Assembly (NCBI GenBank): GCA_002269645.1
Contig: NIVC01000636.1
Coordinates: forward strand, 248,001-312,000
Origin: Macrostomum lignano
Taxonomy: Eukaryota
Length of the DNA stretch: 64,000 bases
Reading direction: 5' to 3'
Under the pieces are notes generated by a model. That model saw nothing but the letters and a program-made list of their open reading frames with translations, made no database searches and had not been told where the DNA came from. Shown here piece by piece: positions 49,052 to 59,400 of the stretch (position 1 is the stretch's first letter; every line of letters begins with the position of its first letter). A program made the translations under genes and the position numbers.

Positions 49052-49966
49052 TCAGTTGCCCCTGACGGTGGCCAGCAGGCGGGCGGCGCACGGCCGGCTG
49101 CAGCCGATCACGTCGGCGGCCACGGGGTCGGCAGGCGCGTGTGCGGCCCGCACGGCGGCCAGCAGGGCGTCGGCCTGGCGGCCGCAGGTCACCGGCTCGG
49201 ACTCGCGCAAGCAGAGGTCGGCGGCCACGGTGACGAAGGCGCGGTCGCAGGCGCCGGCTTCGATGCCGTAGTGGCCCGCGCAGGCGGCGCACAGGCGGTG
49301 GCTGTCACACAAGGCGGCCGCCTCAGCGTCCATTGCCAGGCCGAAGCGGCGCCGCACCTGGGCGCAGTTGGCCAGCGGCGTTCCGGCCGGAAAGCAGGCG
49401 CCGCCCTCGGCTTCGGCTGCCTCCTCGCCTTCGGCGTCGTGCCGAGCCAGCATCCCGGCCAGCCGGCGCAGGTCGCGGTCCCGAGCCGCGTTCTCCGCTG
49501 CCTGCGGCGGCGGCGCCACGGCGGCGGCCCGCTTCGGCGGAGACGCGTCGGGGGCCTCGGCGGCCTCGGTGACCTCCGCGGCGGCCTCGGCGGCGGCAGC
49601 TGCGGTGGCTGCCACGGAGCGCAGCTCGGCGTTCTCGGCACGCAGGCGTCGCAGCTCGTGGGCCTGGCGGCGGAGCTTCCGGACGGCGGTGCGGCCGGCC
49701 CGGACGGCCTCGGTCAGGGCTTCGTCCAGCTCCAGGCGTCGCCGCAGGCCACCGAGCGCAGCCTCGCCTGCCAGCTCGGCAGAGTTGGACGCCAACGCCA
49801 GCTGGCTGCCCTCGGCCCGACGGTCCAGCGCGAGGTCGCCAGCGTACACACCGTCGTCGAAGTCGTCGTCGAAGTCGCCTTCCGCGTCGGAGATTCGGGC
49901 GAAGGCACTCAGCAGCAGCAGCAGCAGCAGCGGCAGCGGCCGCAGGCAGGTGTAGCGGACAGTCAT
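49052..49966 (-). CDS. Intronless secreted protein, 304 aa: signal peptide, acidic stretch, coiled coil, Ala-rich linker and C-terminal conodipine/group IX sPLA2-like Cys domain with a degenerate active site
   Basis: Signal LRPLPLLLLLLLSAFA. The segment LCDSHRLCAACAGHYGIEAGACDRAFVTVAADLC has the same spacing as the conodipine motif C-D-x-H-D-x-C-Y-x-C-x-x-H-F-G-x5-C-D-x-A-F-x6-L-C (recalled, not searched). Ten Cys in residues 191-293. Codon style matches the other genes. Confidence 0.8.
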   Translation of the reverse strand: MTVRYTCLRPLPLLLLLLLSAFARISDAEGDFDDDFDDGVYAGDLALDRRAEGSQLALASNSAELAGEAALGGLRRRLELDEALTEAVRAGRTAVRKLRRQAHELRRLRAENAELRSVAATAAAAAEAAAEVTEAAEAPDASPPKRAAAVAPPPQAAENAARDRDLRRLAGMLARHDAEGEEAAEAEGGACFPAGTPLANCAQVRRRFGLAMDAEAAALCDSHRLCAACAGHYGIEAGACDRAFVTVAADLCLRESEPVTCGRQADALLAAVRAAHAPADPVAADVIGCSRPCAARLLATVRGN

Positions 49967-52734
49967 GTCTCTGCGCTCCGCTGTGTCAATCCGCTCCCCT
50001 TCTCGCCAAAAAGCGCCGCTCCAGTCTTTTAAGGCTTTCCCAGACTTATCTGAGCTGCACCGGGGCGGGGTGGCGAGATGGCGCGGCGGGTGGCCGTTTG
50101 TTTATCCCCACTAGTCCTGTCCCCGCCTGCCCTCGGGCCTGGACCAATGACAGCCGGCTCGCGTACTGCGGCATGCGGACTGGCACCTGCTGTTTGACTG
50201 GGAAGGGGCGGCAGTTCCCCAGGGCTGAGCTGAGGGGAGCAGTTTGAGCGCTGGGAGAGAGATGAGGAGAGATGAGAGAGATGAGATGAGGATCTGCAGC
50301 TGGGAATGCGGAGGGGGCCAGGTCCCATCCCGACACTTACAGGCTTTTGTTTCCTCACGTGGGGACAGAAAACAGAAGGCAGACAGACAGAAACACTGCA
50401 CTGCCGGCACTGAATACGGGGGGGGGGGGTACGGGCTGAGAATAAGGGAACTGCTCAGTCTCACAGGACCTCAGCTCCGACACGACGTATAATTAAGAGT
50501 ATAATGCAAGACATGCGGGACTGCTGTGCTAATTTCTGCTGCAATTTCTGAATTGATCTCCAGCCTCGCAGTTTTTCCCAGCTCTCGAAGCGCCCGCTGA
50601 CGTCCCACCTCCGTCCCGGAGTGCAGCGGGGTACAGCGGCCCGGCGGTCAGTCTGGAGTCTGTACTCTGGCATTGGTTTGAGTCAGGTGTGCCAGAAAGC
50701 GGAAAACCCTCTGCCTGGGCCAAGATAGACTTTGAGAAGGGCTGGAATGATGAGGGCTAGGGGAAAGGAGACGCATGCTGACAGCAATATGCATCTTGCT
50801 CCATGGCCTGAGTTGCCATGGCAACCGTGACAGAATTGGCGAGGCGTAGAGGCACGAGCGCGAGCCTGGAAGAAGAGGGAGCGGAAAGAGGGGAGCTGAG
50901 CAAACCGAGCCAAACTTTGCAGTTTTGTCCCTGAGAGCATCGGCCTCGTTGCTGGGAGAGACGGGAGCGACTTGAGCTCAGCTTCAAGCTTTGTTGTCCA
51001 TGAAAATTAGATGGATGTGCGGCAATTATTCATTTTTTCGAGCTCTCCTTTGAGCTCGCGGCACCGCCCTCCCAGCAATGTTTGCCTTTCCTCAACGACT
51101 CTTTGATGTCCGGGCCGATCGTGGCAATTTTCAGTCAAAAAAGCTGATCTCGAATGTACTTTAGTGGCCGCTGCCTTCCCAGATTTTTCCCGGGCATTAA
51201 GTCGGGGGATCTTGTGGGATTAGGAAAATTGCAGGCCGCATCGTAAAACTCTGCTGAGCTCGGATCGCCCCGGCGAGCCCATTGTGCAGCTATAATTGGA
51301 TTCCGAGGGCCGCCGCTGCCGCTCGCTCCGCCGTCCCCGGCCGAAATCTCGGCAATCGGATGGCGGCGCGGGGCACCGGGGAACTCTTTGAGGAAGCCGG
51401 CCTGTCCCGGCCAAGCTCTGAAACCCTGGGGATTTCAGTCAGTCTGCTTCCCCTTCCACTCTCTCTCGGTGCTAGTGAGCAGATTTGCCAGCCGCCTAAG
51501 GCATCAATTATTCCTCGTGTCCCTGTGTTATCCTCCTTCCTGAGAGCTGAGGGACCGGCTGCACTATTGCAGCCCCTCAGCCTCTCCAGCTCATGCCCGG
51601 CCTCATGTCTTGCATCCGCCGTTCTTGAGCCTCTCATTGTGAATTTTTAACGGACTTTCAAGCTCACGATTTCAGCCCATTCGCAAGTTCATGTGCGCAA
51701 TCGGAGTCTGCGTCAATTATCACAGATCTGCAAATGTCTGGTCCACGCTCTCTCCTGATGAGGAACAGAGCAACCGCAGCCCCACAATGCATGCAAGTTT
51801 TGACGCAGATGAGAAAGCAAGAGCTGGCTGTACTCTGTAAGTGGAGTGCGCCGACTCGATTGAGAATTTATCAATCAATTCATTTTTAACAGCATGAAAA
51901 AAAGCATTTGTCTGCCCACAGATGCCGTCTAGACAGCAACATGGGTCAGGACATACTCAGCAGAATTGGCAGGAGCAGCAGCCGAGCACTCAGCGCTACT
52001 CAGCGATTTGAGTAGCAATCAAAATCCGGCAGGGGCGCTCGGCACTAGCTGCAGGGAATTCATCCCATTTTTAATCTCCAATCTGCCATGCAGCGCCCGC
52101 TAAGTGATGACGCATCAATGTCAAAATTTTTCAGCCTATAACAAGCTTCTATTATGAATCCAAAGAAGGTCGCGAGTTCGAGTACCACACTAGACTTGTC
52201 GAGAAATTGTATCCTACGCAGGGAATGTGTCCCAAGGCGGAAGTATGCGGATGAGCAATTGCCATGGCAACCTCGGCATAAAGCCGTATTTAACAGTCAG
52301 ATGAAATGACACACACAGGCCGCGCTGGGTGCCATGAAATATAAATGCGCAGCGGGCTACTGCAGGCAGCCAGTTGAATAGGGGCAGGCGGGTATTGAGC
52401 CAAGCAGCGGCCAGGGCCAACTTGAAGCACCAATAAAATTGAGAAAAAAACTGTAGCCTGCGGCGTCGCTCCATCATCCTGCCGGAGTCGCCTGCCCAGG
52501 TGAGGGGATTGGGCCGTGATAAATTAAATTACAGCTCAGCGAGAGGTCTATGCGGGCTGGCAAGTACAGTTGGACACAATTAAGCAGGGCAAGTGCTCTA
52601 CGCTGGTACGAGTATAGAGGCTGAATCGCGGATCATTGGATTTTATGCGTTCATTTCTTCTACTTATAGTAACAAAGAAGCGCGAGAAATTCTTTTTTTA
52701 ATCTTTGATAAATATCATCAATATTTACCCCCTC

Positions 52735-54215
52735 CCAAGTGACTTGATTCTCGTGAACTGGAACCCCAAGTGACTGGATTCTCGTGAACTGGAACCCCAA
52801 GTGACTGGATTCTCGTGAATTCGAACCCCCCAAGTGACTGGATTCTCGTGAATTCGAACCCCATTAAGTGACTGGATTCTCGTGAACTGGAAACCCCCCT
52901 CCCAAGTGACTGCATCCTCGTGAACTGGAACCCAAGTGACTGGATTCTCGTGAACTGGAACCCAAGTGACTGCATTCTCGTGAACTGGAACCCCAAGTGA
53001 CTGCATTCTCGTGAGCTGGAACCCCAAGTCCTGGATTCTCGTGAACTGGAACCCCAAGTGACTGCATTCTCGTGAGCTGGAACCCCAAGTGACTGCATTC
53101 TCGTGAGCTGGAACCCCAAGTGTCTGGATTCTCGTGAACTGGAACCCCAAGTGACTGGATTCTCGTGAATTCGAACCCCCCAAGTGACTGGATTCTCGTG
53201 AATTCGAACCCCCCAAGTGACTGGATTCTCGTGAACTGGAAACCCCCCCTCCCAAGTGACTGCATCCTCGTGAACTGGAACCCAAGTGACTGGATTCTCG
53301 TGAACTGGAACCCAAGTGACTGCATTCTCGTGAACTGGAACCCCAAGTGACTGCATTCTCGTGAGCTGGAACCCCAAGTCCTGGATTCTCGTGAACTGGA
53401 ACCCCAAGTGACTGCATTCTCGTGAGCTGGAACCCCAAGTGACTGCATTCTCGTGAGCTGGAACCCCAAGTGACTGCATTCTCGTGAGCTGGAACCCCAA
53501 GTGACTGCATTCTCGTGAGCTGGAACCCCAAGTGACTGCTGACTGGATTCTCGTGAGCTGGAACCCCAAGTGACTGCATTCTCGTGACCTGGAACCCCAA
53601 GTGACTGCATTCTCGTGAGCTGGAACCCCAAGTGACTGCTGACTGGATTCTCGTGAGCTGGAACCCCAAGTGACTGCATTCTCGTGAGCTGGAACCCCAA
53701 GTGACTGCATTCTCGTGAGCTGGAACCCCAAGTGACTGCATTCTCGTGAGCTGGAACCCCAAGTCCTGGATTCTCGTGAACTGGAACCCCAAGTGACTGC
53801 ATTCTCGTGAACTGGAACCCCAAGTGACTGCATTCTCGTGAGCTGGAACCCCAAGTCCTGGATTCTCGTGAACTGGAACCCCAAGTGACTGGACTCTCGT
53901 GAGCTGGAACCCCAAGTGACTGCATTCTCGTGAACTGGAATCCCAAGTGACTGCATTCTCGTGAGCTGGAACCCCAAGTCCTGGATTCTCGTGAGCTGGA
54001 ACCCCAAGTGACTGCATTCTCGTGAGCTGGAACCCCAAATGACTGCATTCTCGTGAGCTGGAACCCCAAGTGACTGCATTCTCGTGAACTGGAACCCCAA
54101 GTGTCTGGATTCTCGTGAGCTGGAACCCCAAATGACTGGATTCTCGTGAGCTGGAACCCCAAATGACTGGATTCTCGTGAGCTGGAACCCCAAGTGTCTG
54201 GATTCTCGTGAACTG
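52735..54215. repeat. ~31-nt tandem repeat (GTGACTGCATTCTCGTGAGCTGGAACCCCAA and variants)
   Basis: About 47 copies, with some higher-order structure. Confidence 0.95.
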
Positions 54216-54789
54216 ACTCAGACTTAGTCTCACCAGAGCTAACACCTGCTTCTTGTACAGGGAACGGTCAGAATGCCCTATTTAGTGTCTAACCGAGACC
54301 TTCTGATTCATTATTACAGTTGCAGCTGCAAAAACTTGGAGCAACCTATCAATCAATACCCAGCTCAACTCTATACCGAGAGGAAAGGCAGAGTAACTTG
54401 CTCACTAATGCACTTTGAACCCGTGCTCATTCATCACAGCTCCATGCCCTCATTTCCGGAGCAGGATTTTCTTTAAGAATGGCAATTGCCTCAGTTATAA
54501 GGCTACCAAAATGAAGCAAGGCAATCAATAAGCTGGACTGCATTTTAGCCAATAGTAAAGACAAAATATTTCCAATTCAATATGCCATATAATTACAGCA
54601 ATCATGCAATGTACTCGTCATTACAATAGGATTAATAGGCGAAGTTCACTCTGAACAGAAGAAAAATTAAAATGAAATTTTTAAAACAACAGCTAACGGC
54701 ACGGCTGCACGGCGTAACAGCGGCAAAGTCTGAATTTTTATGGACACCCAACTGACACCGAACACTAGAGGCTGCGGGCAGCGAGCTGG

Positions 54790-55160
54790 GGTGGGTGATT
54801 GGGGGAGTGGGGGATTTGGGAAGTGGGGGATTGGGAAGTGGGGATTGGGGAGTGGGGGATTTGGGAAGTGGGGGATTGGGAAGTGTTGGATTGGGAAGTG
54901 TGGGATTAGGAAGTGGGGATTTAGGAAGTGGGGATTGGGAAGTGGGGGATTGGGAAGTAGGGGATTGGGAAGTGGGGGATTGGGAAGTGGGGGATTTGGG
55001 AAGTGGGGGATTTGGGAAGTGGGGGATTGGGAAGTGTTGGATTGGGAAGTGTGGGATTGGGAAGTGGGGATTGGGAAGTGTTGGATTGGGAAGTGTTGGA
55101 TTAGGAAGTGGGGATTTGGGAAGTGGGGATTTGGGAAGTGGGGGATTGGGAAATGGGGGC
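54790..55160. repeat. G-rich 14-15-nt tandem repeat (GGGAAGTGGGGGATT)
   Basis: About 25 copies. Confidence 0.93.
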
Positions 55161-55904
55161 TTGAGAGGTGGGAGAACGCGACAATTTTGGGATGCAATCA
55201 TAGTGTAAGCAGCGAGAAACAGAGAAATGTAATTAAAATAAAGTGAAAGAGTCAATTCGGGCAAACGAGAGACTTGAGTGCTGTCGCGACTGCTCAAACC
55301 GCAGCAGCAAAGATAGGGAGCACAAATGGACAGTAAATAAGCAAGGACAAAAAGCATTAATCGGGACTTTATTCCCGCAAAAATCCACGCAATGAGCAGA
55401 AACAAATAAAGGTACAAAAAGTCCGCACCCGCCGCTGCAGACAAGAATTTTTGCTTTTGCAGGCACACCTGCGATGGCAGGCTGGGAGATTGGGCAGCAG
55501 AGGGGGGGGGGCAAAGCGGCCGCAAGTGAGCAGCTCTGAGTACAGGGGGAGATTGCAAGTCCCAGAGAGCAAGACTTTTTGCGATCAGGGGGAGGAGGGA
55601 CAGAAGGAGGAATCCGATTTTATCCCCCCCCCCGAGTGTACACCGGCTGGACGTCGCTAGCCGCGCAGAGCAAGCGGAGATGCTGCAAAGCGCCGATCTC
55701 AGCTGAGGAAGGCGGGCAGGCAGGTGCAAAATCAAAGACAAGACGACAGGAAGAGGACTGAGCGCGGGGCCGGCGATGCAAAGCTATTTTGGGACTCTCC
55801 GAGCATCACAAGCTCCGAGTCCGCATTGAATTTCGTTGTTAAGCCCCCCGCCCATCCCCGGCTGCCTCCCCTCGCGGATTATCCCCAGCAGCTGAGCTGG
55901 AGCT

Positions 55905-56438
55905 TCATCCCTTGGCCTGTGCGGCCAGCCACTCCAGGCCGGCCGTGAGGCCCTCGCCGCTCAGGGCGCAGCAGGCCTGAATGTGCCAGGGGTTGGCCCG
56001 GATGCTGGTGAGGTCCAGCGCCTGGCTGATCTCGGCCGCGGACAGCCGGCCGTTGATGTCCTGCTTGTTGGCGAGCACGAGCAGCCGCGCCCGCTTCAGG
56101 TGGTCCGAGGCGAGCATCTTGTACAGCTCGTCCTTGATGACGGCCAGCCGCTGCCTGTCGGAGGAGTCGATGACGAGGATGATGAAGTCGGTGCTCTGGT
56201 AGTAGGTCTCCCACGTGGCCCGGATGGAGGTCTGGCCGCCCAGGTCCCACATCACGAAGTGGATGTTGCGCCAGCGCAGCTGCTCCACGTTGGAGCCGAT
56301 GGTAGGCGAGGTGTGCACGGCCTCGCCCAGCACCAGCTGGTACAGCACGGTGGTCTTGCCGGCATTGTCCAGCCCGACCAGCAGTACTTTGTGCTCTTGG
56401 GTACCAAAAAGGCTCCACAGCCTGGCTATTATCAGCCC
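55905..56438 (-). CDS. ARL5: ADP-ribosylation factor-like protein 5 (ARL5); the initiator Met is not encoded in this exon
   Basis: After TTGCAG| the exon reads [30 protein letters not shown] (ARL5-type N terminus and P-loop). G3 WDLGGQ, G4 NKQD, G5 CAL. Stop at 55905. No internal introns. Confidence 0.92.
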   Translation of the reverse strand, partial: GLIIARLWSLFGTQEHKVLLVGLDNAGKTTVLYQLVLGEAVHTSPTIGSNVEQLRWRNIHFVMWDLGGQTSIRATWETYYQSTDFIILVIDSSDRQRLAVIKDELYKMLASDHLKRARLLVLANKQDINGRLSAAEISQALDLTSIRANPWHIQACCALSGEGLTAGLEWLAAQAKG

Positions 56439-56479
56439 CTGCAAGTTGGCGAGTGCCGTGATTTACTGATAGGCTTCAA

Positions 56480-59400
56480 CTGAACTCGAATTAACAACCA
56501 GGTAGGATCCTGGGATTGGGATCCTACTTGACCCTTATTCAATACAAGGCTGGATGAGACAAGGAATTAGGCAGGCAGTCAAGATGGAATTGAAAGTTTC
56601 ATGCTTGCATATCGAACTATTTGACAACAGGGAATAATCTGGTCTGTTCTTGCCACATTCTCTCAAACAAACCACATGCTAAGAGTTCACCTTCGACCTG
56701 CTGAATCATCTTGGGACCAGTCTGGTTCAGTATAAGCTGTGGTCCATTTCTCTTCTACTCCCTTGGGTGTGGGATGAGAGATGCTAATGCCAGACCTGGG
56801 GAGTTGCAGCTCTCTACAAAAGTACATGTTTTTTGTTATATGGATATATAAGCTTGTAGACAGGACATACAAATACATATATGGCTTTGGGAATGCATAT
56901 TGCCTATATCTAATTAGTAATATTTGCCAATCAACAACAGAATTAATTTAGACTTATTAAAAGATCATTGGAGCCCTTGATTTAATTGGTAAGAAGGGGG
57001 GGGGGGTAAAACAGAAGAAATAAATTAATTTTGCCCATTTCAAAGCTTTTGTAAAGCAGAGGGAACTATCAAATTCTTAGGTTAGGGACTCAAGCAATAG
57101 AGATCTTCTAAGCAATTGAGGCTAAAGTTGAGATAAATTCAATCCTAGCCATTCTTATAATATTAATAAATAATAATTTACAATATTACACTTGCCTTAA
57201 TGGCCAGATGTGCAACCAACAGCTTAGCTATAGCTATTATGCAATTATGAAAAGTTATAGGAAATTAATTAGCTATAGATATAAACATAAGTAAAGAATA
57301 AGAAAATGTATAAACTGCTATAGATATAGATACAAGAAAGTTTTTGTTATGGTTGAGCTCTTGCTTGTTGGATAAGTTCACAATATATAAAATTTTATTT
57401 TTGACAAAAAATCTAATATATAGTATTGTATATTAAAAATAATTATTAACAATATATTATTACCTATAACTTTAAAGCTATCATCTATTGGAATAAAAAA
57501 TATTTTAGGACATAAAGGAATCTTAATAGCCAAAGTTAGTGATATAATTATTGAATGAAATAAGAAAATCATGCTAAAAAATAGAAAAAAGAAAGAACTC
57601 ATGATGAACTTATGAAAAGAAAGAGAAAAGATTGTCTATAAATGAAAGATTGAAAAAATATACATTAAAAGACCTTTCTTTTGCTGATTTGTTTTTTTCA
57701 TATACTAAAAATGGTTTATCAATAGTGAATAGGTATCTATGCATACATGCCCAACCTCAAAATTTCACCTGTCCGATGCAACTTAGTTTTATCTAGATTA
57801 GTTAGTTCCTCCTAATTGCAACTTAGTTCTTCTTGATTGCAACTCAGTTACCCCAATTGCAACTTAATTTTCAATTTGTATGATTTTCCTTGCCTTTTTT
57901 CTTTTCTTCTTTTTCTCTTTTCTTTTCTCTCTCTCCTCTCTCCTTTCTTTTCTTTTTCTCTTTCTCTCCTTCATTCTTTTCCCAATTTTTTCAATTTTCG
58001 CTTTTTTGATTTTGCAACTTACCTTGGCTAATGTTCCCAAAGATGTTCCCAAATCAGTACATGTATTTTTATTAAGCTCTAGCTCATTGCTAATAAATGG
58101 ATGAAATATTATGCTAGCTAAGACATCAGAAATTATGCTTTTTTATAGTTGATATAGCCCATAATAGTAATAATTTTATACTTTTCTACTATGCTAGGCC
58201 TAGGGCTAAAAAAGGTCTACATTTTATTTTACTAATTAGCAGATAATCAATGTTTAATAGGTTTTAAAATTGTTAGACCTTTAACTTAAATAAGATAAAT
58301 AGCATAGTAACTAAGTAAGCTGTAGTAGTAGGTAGGCTGTAGTAGGCCAGTGCAGGCAAAAATAGGCCCACCTAATAGTAATAGAATGGATATTGGATAA
58401 GATAAAATTGAATGGTTTAAATTGAACCAACAAAAGTTAAGAGTAAGACAAAGTGCTGACAAGCAAAAAGAAATATACAGAATAGAGAGTACTCGTATAT
58501 ATATACTAACGTAACCCACTTTTATAGCAGGAACTAAACTAAAAAGACTAACACTAGTCGCCTACCTTGACTGAGATTAAATTAAGCAAATAAAGACCAA
58601 CCCTACCTCCTATACATAGTGATGGTGTGACGTACTTGCCTATATTTGGAAGATTATTCGGCCTATTTTTTAGCACTTATTATCACACTTAAAATTATTT
58701 TGAGATTTACTGAAACAATTAAACTCAAATAGTTAAATTCGTTGAAATACCATATTGAGTTTCTTTACTTTTGTTTTTTTACACTATTCTGCCATTTTAA
58801 TTTTAGATTTTACACGAAACAAACGTGAACAATAATGCCAGTAAAGTGTAAAAAGTTACACACCCAGTTTTTTTGGGGAAAACGTTACCTTCAAATTGCG
58901 TTCAAAGAGCACAATGAAATTGAAAATAATATTGTATTTTGATTTCGTTTGTCTAGTTCAAATTAAAATTGCAAGTTAGAAGCTTATAGAATGGGTAAAA
59001 TAAATCACAAGAGCATTTTTATTTTTTCATTGGGTAAGCGTGTGTAAACCCTGGGTAATTTCAGGTACGTTTTTGGGGTAATGTCTTACCCAGCAATTAA
59101 ACACTCATTTATTGGCCTCATCATCTATATTTTATGAATAATTATTCTATGATTTATGCTGCATAGGCGATAGCAAGTTATTTTCAATTTCATTGCGCTC
59201 TTTGAATGCAATTTGAAGGTAACGTTTTCGGGTAACTGGGTAACTTTTTACACTTTACCATAAAGCTTGAACTGCAGAGCAAACATCTGCAGATAGCAAG
59301 CATCCCCAGATATTGTTGAAGCATCCACCCAGATAGCAAGCATCTTCCGAGATAGCAAGCATCCCCCAGATATTGTTGAAGCATCTACCCAGATATAAAA

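Noticed and set aside
49139-50032. Plus-strand 195-297-aa ORFs overlapping the PLA2-like gene (similar shadows over SCaMC, ARL5 and HS6ST)
   Set aside because: Antisense shadows of GC-rich coding sequence with no recognisable motifs. The opposite strand carries the coherent protein.
52718-54245. 430-506-aa ORFs in three minus-strand frames
   Set aside because: 31-nt tandem repeat artefact.
57378-57602. Hydrophobic AT-rich ORF resembling a mitochondrial ND subunit (possible NUMT)
   Set aside because: No convincing ND/COX/CYTB motif. Hydrophobicity is expected from T-rich DNA.
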